Shown here: one piece after another, positions 13,386-28,044 of the stretch
Numbering within the stretch: the stretch's first letter is position 1
Layout: each line of letters begins with the position of its first letter
Assembly (NCBI GenBank): GCA_951406725.2
Contig: OX597816.1
Location: 141,546,001 to 141,610,000 of the forward strand
Reading direction: 5' to 3'
DNA: 64,000 nucleotides
Source of the DNA: Octopus vulgaris
Taxonomy: Eukaryota
Translations under genes and position numbers: made by a program
Notes under the pieces: generated by a model
The model's database searches: none
Told to the model about the DNA's origin: nothing
The model's input: the letters and a program-made list of their open reading frames with translations, nothing else

Positions 13386-13522
13386 CCAACAGCATCTTCA
13401 ACTGCTTGGCCAATGTTGTTGCCACCTTGTATGGGTGAACCAAATGCAGTGAACCACTGAACTGGTTTATATTGGTCGCCACTCGATGCCAGTAAGTAAA
13501 AAAGTGTTGTTAAAAATATGGC
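13386..13522 (-). CDS. TMEM245: TMEM245 internal coding exon, 137 nt, phase 0-2
   Basis: Acceptor ttattcag|GCC and donor GG|gtaac. Encodes AIFLTTLFYLLASSGDQYKPVQWFTAFGSPIQGGNNIGQAVEDAV(G), matching TMEM245 IIFLTTLFYLLSSS..YKPV.W....IGQ.VE.AI. Absent from the ORF track. Confidence 0.93.
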
Positions 13523-13614
13523 CTGAATAAAGAAGAATTGGAAGAAACATGTCAGAGTGTGAGTTATAAAAAGTCACTTTGTTAAAATAGCATTCATATA
13601 GAATTTATACCAGG

Positions 13615-13802
13615 GTCACTTAAAAAAAGCACTGAGTATACTCTGTGGAGCAGTTGGCATTACGAAGGGCACCCAGTCATACAAACCATGCTAGAACAGG
13701 CAATGGAGCTTGGTGTGGCCCCTGGCCTTATCAGCTCTGGTCAAATTGTCCAACCCATGTTAGTATGGAAAATGGACGTTAAAGGATGATGATGATGATG
13801 AT
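13615..13802 (+). mobile_element. RTE 3' tail fragment
   Basis: gttggcattacgaagggcacccagtc...caacccatgttagtatggaaaatggacgttaaaggat(gat)n. Confidence 0.75.
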
Positions 13803-14003
13803 AAAACAAAATAAAATGTTGTTTTATGGGAGGTGGGTGAATTAACAGAAATGACAAAGTAAATGGCTTTGTGATCATTTAGTTATGTTATTTTCATTTG
13901 GAGTGTGAACATCACTGAGGTCACCTTTTTTGTCTTTACTCTGGAGTTGATAAAATAATTACCAGTCGAGTACTCATCATCATTACCATCATTATTTAAT
14001 GTC

Positions 14004-14220
14004 TGTAGGGTGGCAAGCTTGCAGAATTGTTAGCACACTAGGCAGAAATGCTTAGTAGCATTTGGCCTGTCTTTACATTCTGAGTTCAAATGCTGCTGAG
14101 ACAGACTTTGCCTTTTATCATTTTGTAGTTGATAAAATAAATACCAGCTGAACACTGGGGTTGGAGTTATTGACTTAACACTTCTCTGGAAGTTGTTGAC
14201 ATTGTACCAAAATTTGAAAC
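14004..14220 (+). mobile_element. Full-length MetaSINE-like element with a 14-bp target-site duplication
   Basis: cattatttaatgtc occurs at 13990-14003 and 14221-14234. The element is inserted into an RTE tail (-) that resumes at 14221-14460. Confidence 0.85.
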
Positions 14221-16102
14221 CATTATTTAATGTCAATTTCCCATGTTTGCATGAGCTGGCTGATTTGACAGGATCCAACAAGCTAGAGGGCTGCAGTGAG
14301 CTCCAGTGTCAGCAGTGGCATGGTTTCCATGGCTGGATGCTCTTACTAATGCTAACCACTTTACAGTGTGTGTTGGGTGCTTTTTTCCTGATACTAGCAT
14401 GAGTGAAGTCATCAAGTAACTTACAAGACAGGAAAAAATAAAAAGGCAAAAGCCCTCTTGACTAAGTAGAGAGAGTGTTTTTGAGAGAGGGAGTTTTATG
14501 CCATGTGTAGAGTAGATGAAGAATGATAGAAGGCAAGCACAGATGTCTTGCTACAGTGGAGATACATGGCTACTGTGAGAGTAGCTGAGGAGAAGATAAA
14601 GACAATAGCAAGGAAGTGCCAGAGGGAGTTCTCAAGATATAGAAGGGGGAATATAAGAAAATATATACTATCTATAGTATGAATTTCTATCCAAATAAAA
14701 CTAAAAATAGCAATTCATTGCTGTCAATGTCACCACTTTTATTTCATGGTTACTTCATATGAACAATTTTTTGCTGGATTTAGTCAGATCTCAATCGAAA
14801 CAATATTCAATATAGGTATACTTCTGTAACAACCAACATTTAAGATATTATTACTACCATAAGAGATAATGTAACATTATTTTAGTGAAATCTTTATCTA
14901 CATGATATACTTAATGTATGTGTATCATTAAAAAGACAGTGGCTGCAGTTATTGTCCAGGAAAAGATTCCTTTATAGATGTAGCAAGCTTGCATAACTGT
15001 TTGCTGGAGACCACTGTTACATTGTTGTTCATTGTAGGTCTTTCTTCACTGATTTACCATTTTTGCAGAGTTGAGTTGTGAGAAAGATTGATGTTGTATC
15101 TTTATTAATTGGATGTAAGATCAGGTTGGCTGCATTTATTACAACGAAAGCAAATTTGCAAATGTTTAACAGATTCTATTAAGAGAATGCTATGCACAAT
15201 GCATATATAAATTATCAAATCCTCACTGGTTACAAGAACAGTTATGTTGGAATTGATTTAACTGTATCTGCCTAGCCATTTGCTATCAGGAAGGTGAAAG
15301 ACAAAGGATTTGAGACGACCTCAAATTGGTGAGACTTTTTTTTCCTTAGTTGATGTGTGAGTGTGAAGATCTGTCCTGTTTGAATGTCAACATCACTTTC
15401 TGACTAGCAAGAGGTGAGGTGTGTGAATCCATTAGCCACCCTCAACACTCTGCAATAACTTAGGTGCTAAACTGCTTAACTAGTGAAAAAGAGTGCAAAT
15501 CACAAGAACGTTCAAGCTGTTCACAGTATAGCTTCAAGCTCATTGATAAATTTTTAGGTTGTCTCCATAAAACTTGCATGATACAATAGTGGCCTACTCA
15601 TGATCATGAACTTATAACTTCACAGTTGGGGTTTGAATTTCTACCCAGACATAGCATGTTAAAAACACAATACACATCAGAGATAGACAAAATGAAATTG
15701 TTCCATTAAATAATGATAATGATGATGCACTCAGACATTTCCTTTCTTAAATCTTACTGATTTATCTATTTTACAGACATTCAAAATTTTAAAGATGTCT
15801 AATCTTTTTTTCATTTTACAAGAATTTAAATGATTATTTCCTCTCAATAACAGCATTGTTGCATCATTTTCACCTCTTCTTTCTTTCATTCGTTTGGTTG
15901 TATGTGTATGATTAACAGGTGTTACATCTTAAAATTGTGGAGAAAAGCAAAATTTATTATTTATTATTGTGGAAAATATTACATAATGTCATCAGAATAT
16001 TATAGTTAATACGAAACACTGTGAAAGAGAATAATAATTTAAAAAAAATATATTATTGATGATAAATTGTGAGCTCTCTGTATTAATTTGATTACATACA
16101 AA

Positions 16103-16144
<42 letters not shown>

Positions 16145-16180
16145 CACACACACACAAATGTATCTATCGCTCATTTGCAT

Positions 16181-16240
<60 letters not shown>

Positions 16241-17185
16241 TGAATATGTTTATTATTATAAGTGCATATATCATCATCACCATAACGGCATGTATGGACA
16301 AATATCTGCATGTATGTCAGTGATGTATATATACATGAATATATGTGTGTATGCATATATGTATGCAATAATGTATAGATATATGTATGCACTTTCATCG
16401 CTATGTGTGTGCATGCATGAATATTTATGTGTATGTATTAATGTGGGTGCATATGTTTACATGATAGTATATATGTGGATATATATATATTTATAAATCT
16501 CTGTAATAAATATATAATTATGTATGTACCTATATATGCATCTAAGTTTGTTTGTGGAAGCATATGTATATATGAATGTATTGTGCATACATATTTTTTG
16601 GCATATATGTATTTGAATGTGTGTGTATATATATATATATATATTTTGCTACATATCTGTTTATGAATGTGTGTGAATATGAATTATGTGTGCATTTATA
16701 TAGTGATAAATATATCCTTGCAGATGAGTGGAGAATATGTTAATATGAATGTATGTGTATATTTTATGTGTATGTGTGTATATGAATAGATGAGAGAGTA
16801 AGAGAAAGGGAATAAACGATAATAAAAGACATTGTAACTGCCAATATTTGATTCTCATGTACCTCATTTACAGATTCCAGCTACTTGGTTGTGGTCATGC
16901 TGTGGCAAGCAAACCCATCATAATTCTGATTTTCTACTTCAGATTGAGTTCACTTCACATTCAGATTTTCTGACCAAGTTGAGGTTATTTGGATGTTTCT
17001 TTTTATTACATTTTGAAATATTTTTTGCCTTTTCTTTAGAAACAACCAGAAAAAGAATGGATGGTAGTGGTAGTGGTGCTGGGGAGGATGTAGAAGAAGA
17101 TGAGGGAAGAAGTGAAAGAAGGAAAGTGAGTGGGTAAACAAAAGAAGTAAGAGGTAGAAAAGGAAACAAAAGAAGTATTGCTTAC

Positions 17186-17308
17186 AGCTGAGATGATGAA
17201 ATTCAATAGGGCAGTGCCTCCACCAAACAGTAATGATAAAACTGCAGTGACGAAAGAAAAGGCTAAATTGACGTTGCCTTTCAACACCAGCCAAACTGAT
17301 TCCAGCAC
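17186..17308 (-). CDS. TMEM245: TMEM245 (transmembrane protein 245) internal coding exon, 123 nt, phase 0-0
   Basis: Acceptor cttcag|GTG and donor GCT|gtaagc. Encodes VLESVWLVLKGNVNLAFSFVTAVLSLLFGGGTALLNFIISA, similar to my recollection of vertebrate TMEM245 ILESLWIVMSRNVSLLF...GTALLNFVLS. Splices in frame to the next three exons. Confidence 0.93.
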
Positions 17309-19268
17309 CTGAAGAAGAGAAAACAACAGTTTTATGAGAGTCTTATTGTCAAACAACATCATTATTATATTCTTGTAGATACACCAATACATCAACACTT
17401 ACTGAAAATCTCCAGTTCTGTTCAATAGTTGACATTCTGTAAAGCTCAAATAAAATTCACAATGGAATACTGCTTACATATATGGTTTAATGACGTGGCT
17501 GCTACATACACAAAGATCCTAGAATGCTTCCATAAAAGGGCCTACATCTGATTGACAAAATCTCATCATTCATAAATCAAGTATCAATTTAGGGCAATGG
17601 ACTGGCAGAACTGTTAGAGCATTTGACAAGATACCTTGTGTAAACGAATGTATTCTGAGTTCATATCCTACTGTAACCTACTTTGATAATAGCCTTAATC
17701 TGTTAATGAGTATCTTTAGCAGAGTTCATTCTGTTACAAGAATTCAGGCCAAGTATCCAGTTTGATGATACCTTTGTCTCTCCTTTTCACTAATGTTGGA
17801 TGACTCTATAAAACATCATCGGCACTGCTCTTTCAAGCCAGATTAAGTGATGAAAAAAAAAAAACCAAAAGAAAGAACTAATACACTATAACCACTGGTT
17901 TATAGATGTCACTATCTCTAAGAGTGCATCACAAAGGCTAGATTTCCCTATTTAGTCACACGCACTTCAGGCATGATTTGTTGCTGACCCATCACATAGC
18001 TTAAGTAGGACCTACAATCAAGTACTGCTCCTACATCTGAGATAGTGCTACTGTTATTACACACACATACGACTAGCTTAGAAAATATACAATATCCAGA
18101 AGAACATCTGAGTGATCGACACTGATTCAAAAATTGACATACTCCAACCTCTGACCCATTGACGTGCTTTCTTTTCTGTTGCTACTACGAAAACCCCTGC
18201 CTCTGTTCTTCTAAACTAAATAGTTCCATGGTTCTCCCACTAGGTCCACACAATACACCCAATTTCCTTGTTCTCCTATTCTTTCTCCTCAAAGTCAGTT
18301 AGTCTTCTTGAAGTCTCACCCTGCCCATGTGTTTCCAACAAACATTAAGTTACAGACGTTCAAGCTGAACATGAGCCCCTGCTATTCTCATCACTCTCAA
18401 AGGGCCTGGGTTGGTCATTGTTGCTCCTTCTGAATAAGTTGTATAAAACAAACCAATAAATATTACACCTCATCTTCTACTTGGTATTAATGTCTATAGA
18501 GTTTTGATTGTATCTCACTAGAATTTACCACATCTTCACTCTCTCTAAATCTCTCTCTTATGTTTCTCTCTGTTCCTCTTACTCTCTCTGAGTTTTGTTC
18601 TCTTTCATATACATTCAATCACATTAATAAAATGTTGTGCCAAGCCATAAATAACAACTGAAAACACTTATCACTGAAATATAAGGCTGAAGAAAAGAAT
18701 TTGTAGTTTTGTACAGCAACTGACAGAAGATTATCTTAAAACTTAACTTCTGCACACTACTATTATGCTATTATTGAAATGATTACGTCGCTCACACATA
18801 TACACCCACATGTGCACAAGCACACACACACAGCACTTCACATATAAGTGGAATGTAAAGTTGATTACAACAAACATATTGAATTGATTACAGTGCCACA
18901 ACCTAACATAGATTGAATTGATAACATACATATATGTAGAATAAGATTATATGTATGCATGTAATATATGCACGTATGTATATATGTATGTATCTGTCTA
19001 TCAATCTTCCTATCAATATGTATGTATTTGACATTATGGTGATTACATCTTACATGTGTATGTGCTATTTTTTTTTATTAGAACATATGTAACATGCATA
19101 CAGTGATCAACTGGCTTCAACACATAGCTAATATGTTAATACTGAACTGATTACAAGATATTGAAGGAAAATAGCAGATATCACTGATTTGGCTGGAAGA
19201 TATCTAATAAAAATACTTTCATACATAAATACACACATACACATGATGATATATATGTATGTATCAAT

Positions 19269-19355
<87 letters not shown>

Positions 19356-19884
19356 CATATACATATATAAAATGGAGTTAATTAGAATAAATATATGATG
19401 AAGAAAAGAAAGCACAGGTGAAAATATATTGATCACATCTGTTTTGAACTATATATAACCCTGATCTCATAAACTGATATAAAGTTTATGATAGTTGTGA
19501 AAGAGAAGACTTCGATGAAGGAGATATCACAACTCAATCATCTTTACAAAAGTTAAAAATACAAATGTTAACTTTAGATTAGATTTTTAAATGCTGTTCG
19601 TTAAGGAAAAAGTTATATTTACATTTTAAGGCATGTAAAAGTAGAATAATTGTGCATTGCTGTTGTTTTGAAGTTTTGTTTTTCTTGTATCAATAGAGAC
19701 ATACTCAACACCACATTAATGATGACCAGTTTTCCTCATATTTGTCAAAAGGTAATAGGTTATCTTCCTAAAATTACATGTGGTACTTGGGACTGGACTC
19801 TTCATCATCATCGTTTAACATCCACCTTTTCATGCTGACATGCGATGGATAGAATTTGTTGAGGCCTATTTCCAAAAGCTGGAT

Positions 19885-20208
19885 GAAGGTGTATGGCTTA
19901 GTGTTTAGGATGTTCCGCTCGTGACCATAAGGTCATAAGTTTGATTCTCAGTGGTATGTTGTGTCCTTGAGCAAAATACTTTATTTTACATTGCTTCAGA
20001 CTACTCAGCTGGCAAAAATGAGTTGTACCTGTAATTCAATAGGACCAGCTTTGTCGCATTCATTGTTGTGCTGAATCTCCCTGAGAACTATGTTAAGGGT
20101 ACACATGTTTGTGGAGTGCTTAGCTGCTTGCATGTTAATTACATGAGTAAGCTGTTCCATTGATTGAACCAACTGGAACACTCATTGTCATAACTGACAG
20201 AGAGCCAG
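19885..20208 (+). mobile_element. SINE family B nested in an RTE-tail-like repeat (19802-20400)
   Basis: The host reads ...aagctggatg [SINE] aggatgccttcctgttgc. The SINE head is tgaaggtgtatggcttagtgtttagg. Confidence 0.75.
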
Positions 20209-20404
20209 GCAGGATGCCTTCCTGTTGCTCCTCACTTATTTCTATGTAAAGTAATATTCCCCATGACCAGGCATGGAAGACTGGAAATGAAAGACACCAT
20301 TTGCATGATGATGGAAGTCATTTACAACTATCACATGAAGTCAAGACAAGGAGATAGTAACACACAAACATACTCATGCACAGCTATAGAGAAACAAACT
20401 TCTA

Positions 20405-21745
20405 GATCAAGTTGTAGATCAATTGATCTATGATAAAGTAGACCTAGATACGATGCAGTTTGGCTTTGTTCCTGGAAGAAGCACCACAGATTCAATCTTT
20501 CTAGTGAGACAACTACAGGAGAAATACCTGGCTAAAAATAAACTGCTATACTGGGCTTTCATTAATTTGGAGAAAGCATTTGACAGGCTACCATCATTAG
20601 TAATATGGTGGGAACTGAGGAAACTATGGGTAGATGAATGGCTTGTGCCGGTGGTTCAAGCTATGTACAAGGATGCACAAGTAAAGTGAAAATTGGCAAT
20701 GACTTTAGTGATGAATTTAGCATGAAGGTAGGAATCCATCAAGGTTCAGGCCTCTGTCCTCTCCTATTCCTCATGGTCCTGTAGGTGATCACAGAGGAGT
20801 TTAAGGATGATTGTCAATGAGAACCCCAATTTGGTGTTCTCATAGCTGAATCGATAGAGGAATTAGAGATGAAATTCTTGACATAGAAGCTAAACCTGGA
20901 ATTGAGAGGCTTTAAGGTAAACCTAGCAAAGACAAAGGTTTTAATAAGTAGGAAAGAATACAGAATTCTAGTACCTTCTGGAAAATGGCTTTGCTTAATA
21001 TGCAGAAAAGGAGTAGACATAAATTCCATATACTGTACATTATATATGCTATAGACACACAAAAGATGTAGTGGACTCACTGGAAGACTATCTGAAAATA
21101 TAGTCTTTGTATGCAGCAGATGTACTGTAGCAATTCACATGAGCATACTAGAAACCGAGTCTCTCAAATGCTTATTCAGCTAACTAGAAGTAAGCAGATA
21201 GCTTTGTTACTGAGGAGATGTAATTATCAAAGGAGGTGGTTGCTCTGAAAGTGAGAACTGGATGGACAAAATTCATGGAACTACTATCTCTGCTAATAAG
21301 AAAGATCTTTTCCTTAAGAGTGAAGGGCAAACTATATGATGTTTGTATCAGAACTGCAATGCTGAATAGTAGTGAGACATAGGCTTTGGATGCAGAAGAC
21401 CTGAGAAGACTGGAAAGAAATGAAGTGAGCATGCTCTGCTGGATGTGCAATGTGAGTGTGCTTGAAAGAATTAGTACACAGGTGCTAAGTGAAAAACTGG
21501 GTATTAGAAGAATTAGTTATTGTGTGCAAGAAAGAAGACTGCACTGGTGTGGAAACGTGATGTGTATGGATGAAGACAGCTGAAGAAAAAAGTGCTGATT
21601 GTTAAATGTGGCCAGAACTTGTGGAAAAGGGAGACCGTGGAAGACATGGGGTGAAGTGATTAAGGCTAACCTCAGGGCTCTGAACCTGATGGAGAAGATG
21701 ACTGAACTGGGATCCGTGGTGATATGAGGTCCTCAAAAAGATCTG
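20405..21745 (+). mobile_element. Decayed RTE-clade LINE (reverse transcriptase domain to C-terminus)
   Basis: MQFGFVPGRSTTDSIFLVRQLQEKY...FINLEKAFDRLP, VGIHQGSGLCPLLF, LERNEVSMLCWMCNVS...RRLHWCGNVM, GRPWKTW. Many stops and frameshifts. A related tail follows at ~22250-22480. Confidence 0.92.
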
Positions 21746-22489
21746 CCTTTGTCAGTGAAACTGAGTTCTGAAAGTGTTATGCATTGCACTCTCCACCCGT
21801 GTTACAATGACTCATTCCCCACCTCCCGTGCACTAGGCCTGCTTCTTATTCCCCATCCTGAATCTTGCACACTACCAACCATGACATCCCTCTCTCTTGT
21901 TCACTCCACCCTGACAACTGTATTATGTTTACTACTCTAGCTACTTACTCTCCTCCCTTTCTTCTGCATCCTTCTGCTTCCTGCAACTCATAGCTTCTTG
22001 CTCATCCACTCTCTTATCCTATCCTAGCAGTCTACCTTCCCTTCCTCTCATCCTCCTTCCCTTACAAAATCGTAAACCAATTCATCAACTTACCTTGTGC
22101 CTTGTGTGGAGGCCATCTAGATATGGCATCAACTTCATCTCCTGCAGTTCATATTGTTCATTTTCTTTTTACCTCTCCTTCCCTCAACTAAATGTGACTA
22201 GCCATGCAAATCCTTTATAAGAACATGCACTGCCTCACCTAGGGTTTTTAGTTCTGTGAGATGTATGGCAACTTCAATAGTATAGGTGGCATGACAAAAG
22301 CACTTAGTCTATGCTGTAAAGTGATTGGCATTAGGAAGGGCATCTAGCTGTAGAATTCATGTCAAAATAGACATTGGAGCATGATGCAGTCCTTGGATAC
22401 ATTGGATCCTGCCAAACCATCCAACCCATGCCAGCAAGGAACATAGATGTTAAATGATGATGATGCTGATGGTGATAATGACAGGTGCT

Positions 22490-22645
22490 TATATTTTCTG
22501 TTTCCAACTACCATATTCACTCACAAGTCTTTGGTCAGCTCAGGGCTATAGTAGAAAACGCTTGCCAAATGTGTCATACAGTGGTTTTGAACCCAAGACC
22601 ATGTGGCTGGGAAGCAAAACTCCTTACTACAAAGCCATGCCTGCT
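22490..22645 (-). mobile_element. SINE family A, 5' half
   Basis: Homologous to the heads of other family A copies. Confidence 0.65.
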
Positions 22646-23717
22646 AGAACTGGTATTTAATTTTAGTTTCTATAGCAGTAAAGGTTTAAAAACCAAATCT
22701 TTTTCAGGATAAGACACTGTTTTATCAAGATAGCATTGGTAGAAATTCTGGCAACTATTCTCAACAACTCGATTAACTGAAGAATACAGAAAAAAAATGC
22801 GTTGCCCATAGATACTACAAAATACCAGCAGTGGATTGAACTCATAAGGCAATATTTATGCTCACTTAAATGTGGATGTCTTGTTGGAACAAACTATACT
22901 GTGGTAGATACCATGAGAGAAACAGTACATCCACATATCTACCAGAGTATCGTTTGTTCTAACAGAATATCCATGTTTAAGAGGGGATAGATATTACCTC
23001 TTGGTATTAATAATGCCTCTGTCGCTGATATATACTCTTGAACTTATAAGAACTCAGTTGGTATAGTTTAAATATGAGCCATCTCATCATATCCTATACT
23101 GGTTATAAAACTAAACAATTTACAATGTAAAACTCTTTAGTTAGAAGAATCAAGAAACTAGAAATATACTTCTGAAATTTGCTTTATGTAGAGAAGGTAG
23201 TATTCCTACCGTTATCTTTGAAATGATGTCTGGCATTAGTAAATGTCATTGACAGTCATTTTAGGTTTTAGACATTTATTTCCAAACTTTTCAGAATTTG
23301 GTTTTAAAAGCAACAGAAAAACAAAGTTTAAATAACAAATTCCAAATATTAATGTAAACATTAAGAAAACCGAGCAAAAACAGAAGTCTCCTGACCACCT
23401 TACTATGTAGTATGTACTAAACCATTTTCTGTTTTCTGTCACAGTAATACTGTTTTCTTTAGAACCATTAACAAGACAATGTTATATAATCGAGATTCTG
23501 TCTACAAGTGGTGGTATCCACCATTTAAGTGCAAATCTTGTCTGCATCTAGAGCCACAGGAAATACTTGTTGCATTCTTTTTCATGATAGTAGATTTGAT
23601 CAATTAATAGAGTTCTTTTAGATTCTTAGTTCATTCACACCATTGTGATTCTTGCTATGCTGGAACATCACCATACACATGTACTACATTTTTTTTTGGT
23701 TAGTCTTTTCATTTTAT

Positions 23718-24170
23718 TATCTTTTATATTTTACATGTTTCAGTCATCAGACTATGGTCATGCTGGGGCACTGCCATGAAGGGTTTTTTTTTTTTTGCTG
23801 AATGAATAAAGCCTCCTGGTACTTATTTTATTTTTTGAAGCCTGGTCACTTAGACTGGACTGCTAAGTTACAGGGACATAAACAGACTGACACTAGCTGT
23901 GGAGGACAAATACACAGACACAGACAGACAGACACACACACACGCACACACACACGCACACACACACACACACACACACAGACACACACACACGCACACA
24001 CACACACACGTATGTATATATCTTTTTTCAGTTTCCATCTACGAAATCCACTTGCAAGGCTTTGGTCAACCTGGGACTATAGTAGTCTAAGGTGCAACAC
24101 AGTAGGGCCAAACCTGGAACCATGTGGTTAGGAACTAAACTTATTAAATCACACAGCTATGCCTGTACCT
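23718..24170 (-). mobile_element. SINE family A, diverged full-length copy with an expanded (CA)n
   Basis: Tail gtttcagtcatcagactatggtcatgctggggcac and head ...cacacagctatgcctgtacct. Confidence 0.8.
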
Positions 24171-24489
24171 GTTGTCTGTGACAATTGTCTGCATATTTAA
24201 AAATGACGAACCAATTATTGTGTGATGCTGCTCATATGAGTGAGGAAAGTAACTTCATTAGAGTACTACTCACATATCTGGGACAATGCAACTGTTACAC
24301 AGAGAGAGATTATTCCAGACAACATGTAAAGGAATGTCACATCCATCTGACTGGTATAAACTCACCAGATTATTACAATCACAAGCACATTGACACATTT
24401 TATCTTCCCTATGATGGTGCCATCAACCCTCTGATGGTGCCTCTGATGTTGCCATCTCTGATGGTGCCATCAACAATCCCTTCTCTTAA

Positions 24490-24940
24490 AAACTGGCAGA
24501 ATCATTAACATGGATGACAAAATGCTTTGTTGCTATCTTCCACCTTTACATTCTGAGTTCAAATACTGCCGGGGTCAACTTTGCCTTCATTCTTTTGGAG
24601 TCATTCCTTTATCTTTAGTTGAATGAATTGAGCCCAGTACAGTTTTTTAAAGCCTGGTACTTATTCTATCAGTCTCTTTTGCTGAACTGTTAGGTTGTGG
24701 GGATGTAAACACACCAACACCGGTTATCAAGCAGTGGTAGGAGATAAACATAGACACAAAAGCTCACACACATAGATATATATATGATAGGCTTCTTTCA
24801 GTTTCTGTCTACCAAATCCCCTCACAAAGCTTTTTTTAGGGGTTGATAAAATAAGTACCATTTGAGCACTTGGGTTCAAGTAATTGATTTACCTTCTTGC
24901 ACGAAATTGCTGGCATTCTGCCAAAATTTGGAACCAATAT
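24490..24940 (+). mobile_element. MetaSINE-like element (+) interrupted by a family A SINE fragment (24605-24830, -)
   Basis: gagttcaaatactgccggggtcaactttgccttcattcttttggagtca [insert] ggggttgataaaataagtacc...gccaaaatttggaacc. Confidence 0.7.
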
Positions 24941-25377
24941 TAGTAAACTGTGTAGCACTATGAGCAAACCAAAATGAAACACTTCCTTTCCCTTTTCCTC
25001 TTGTTATATCTACCATATTGAACCCTAAAAACGTAAATATTTCCTCCCCCTCCACATACTGTACTAATATATCAATTTTTCCTTTCTGCTATCTTATGAT
25101 GAAAGCACTGATCCAGAGAAGGGCTCAAAGAATTTGATTTAATCCTTTGTTAGAAGATTTTGCAAATACTGAGAACCTTTTATTTACTGAAGGACAAAGG
25201 TGATCACAATTCAACCCAGTATTCAATATGTTACAAAAAAAAAAAATTATAGGGCATATAGAGATATGTTATTCTGGTCAAGTTGCTGATCTTACAGCAT
25301 ATGCAGGCTGTTTTAATACATATTCATATCTCACAGGAGGTTAGAATGTTCTGACCTCTGATCAGCTGCAGATGTCA

Positions 25378-25437
25378 CTATATATATATATATATATACA
25401 CACACGCACATATATATAATACACGTATGTCTGTCTG

Positions 25438-25506
<69 letters not shown>

Positions 25507-25520
25507 ATCTATATATATAT
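25378..25520. repeat. Compound (TA)n/(CTGT)n/(CTAT)n microsatellite
   Basis: Directly visible. Confidence 0.95.
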
Positions 25521-26280
25521 CAAAGTAGATATGTGAGTGTGTTCTGCATATAGGGGTTAAAGTGAGATTTCTGATAATTGTCCAATCTGTGGGAAACAGC
25601 ATGCAAATCTCCTTCAAGCCACATCCTATCATCTCTAAAAACAATAAAAGAAGGGATACACAATATCTAAAGAAAAAAACAAAAAAAACATCATCAGGAC
25701 TGATCTAAGCCGAAGATCAACACCAGTAGTAACAATGAGAAAATAAACTGCCTCATGGAACATCATGAATATATATAGGTTATTGTCCATGTAGAATACT
25801 TATGAGTTACTTCAGTATATATACATTAATGTGTGGACATAGGAAGAAATTAGTAGGAAGGTCGGAAACAAGGAAGAATGTGAACATTAAATATAAACAT
25901 ACTGGTATTACATAGGGACTGGATTAACTAGAATTTGGAAGTGATTTAGCATTTAACTTTACATTTCCAAAGAATGTTGTCAATGAAAGCAGACCATTTC
26001 CAGAAGTTCCATGGTATTTATTAAGACACAAACTAGAGCCCTAGGCCTCATGCTATTGATTTGGTAAATGGCTTTTACGGAAATTACAGCACATCTCATT
26101 AATAAACACCATATATTCACTGTGAACTAGCAATGAATATACTTTATAAAATCTAATATCTCTACATATTCTTATATGCTTTAGAAAGGAAATGCAGAAT
26201 CTTGAATGTGGCCATTGAATGAACATCTAAGATGATGTAGGCAATTTGCTTTCAAAATAGGGACACACATCACCTGCACA

Positions 26281-26282
<2 letters not shown>

Positions 26283-26374
<92 letters not shown>

Positions 26375-27077
26375 TCATGTGCATGTGTGTGTGTGTATAT
26401 AGATATATGCGTATATATATGCATATATATATATATGCAAAGAAACATACATACATACATACACACGCACACATATATATGTTTACACATATATACAAAT
26501 TATATATATACACACATACAAACATATATACACATGTGTAGGTGTGGGAATATTTGTATGCCATGACAACCATAAGCAGACATATATATAGCACATAAAG
26601 TAATTATGAAATCTCATTTGCTATTAGTTAATATAATACAACGTATCTGTGGAATCTGAAAATATTACTAACAAAATTTACTATTTACTACATTTGTCTT
26701 GCATTTTAATGTAGAATGTTTGCATCAGTTAGACAGAAGATATTGAACAGATTCATGATGAAGCAGGCTTCATCTCACGAGGCCCATTGTCAGGTAGCAT
26801 ATTACCTTCTCAACATTGAATGCATAAGTGAAAGAGACAGGTAGCTGAAGAGAAGGTTGTTAGTGGTGGTAATGGTGGAGGTGGTTGTGGTGGTGATGTG
26901 GTTGTGCAGACACAGACAGATAGATGAACTGATAGCTACACACACACACACATACAGGCATACACACCACACAAACACATATGTATATGTATATATAGAT
27001 ACACAAGTATATGTATGTATGCAAATGTATGTATGTATCTATCATCTCTCTTTCTTTTTCTGAACGTATATGTGTGC

Positions 27078-27120
<43 letters not shown>

Positions 27121-27813
27121 CATACATATATACATACATACATCTATACACACATATCCTTACACATTATATACATACACACATATCCATATATACACAT
27201 ATACACACACACATATACATATATATATACATACACACATGCATACCTATATAGATATGTACATATGCACATGTGTATATGTGTATGTATAGATGCTTTT
27301 AATTTTTTATCATTTTACTGGTTTTATTTCTTGGATTTGAAGCCATACTGTGCATTGTCTTCAAGGCATTTTAATTGGTTATATCATCCCTATTTATCAA
27401 TCTGTATTTATCGAATGGCTATGTCTACCTTTGGCATAAAGGGACATAATACAATAAGGAACTGCACATGTATATGCAAACACATATATACACACAAGTG
27501 CATGTGCAAACACACACACACAAACACACACAAACACACACACTCACACATACATACACATACACATATGCATACAAAGGGAACATTTAGAATGCAAAAT
27601 TTTTCAAGAAAGCAGTTTGCCTGATATTCCATGTTGCATAACTGCCGTGTAAAGAAATAGTTTCTTCAACTGTGCCAAATGTAAGAAACTTCTAAACCAG
27701 CCAGTCTTACATCTGTTGAACCATCAAATTGGTTGAGGTGAATGAATATTGAGAAGTCAGCAGGTGATTTGGCAAAAACCTCGTGTAGAAATAACTGTGG
27801 TAAATACATGCAA

Positions 27814-27892
<79 letters not shown>

Positions 27893-28004
27893 AAAGGGAG
27901 ACTGATGGGGAGACAGAAAGTGAGAGAAACGAGAGTAGAAAGAAAATGAACAATGCTAAAAGTGTTTTTCAAGAATGAGAAATAAATAAATAAACAAACA
28001 ATAG

Positions 28005-28044
<40 letters not shown>

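Noticed and set aside
17403-17436. Possible 34-nt upstream exon (MSTIEQNWRFS, donor gtaagt) 94 nt from the 17308 acceptor
   Set aside because: Resemblance to the expected ..VSFVHENIETFLS is only vague, it is too short, and an in-frame stop lies just upstream. Not supportable without transcripts.
19425-19480. Very degenerate hammerhead-like pattern on the minus strand (ttatgagatc...gttcaaaacagatgt); similar weak cases at 25330-25365 and 39085-39180
   Set aside because: Too many core and stem mismatches to support.
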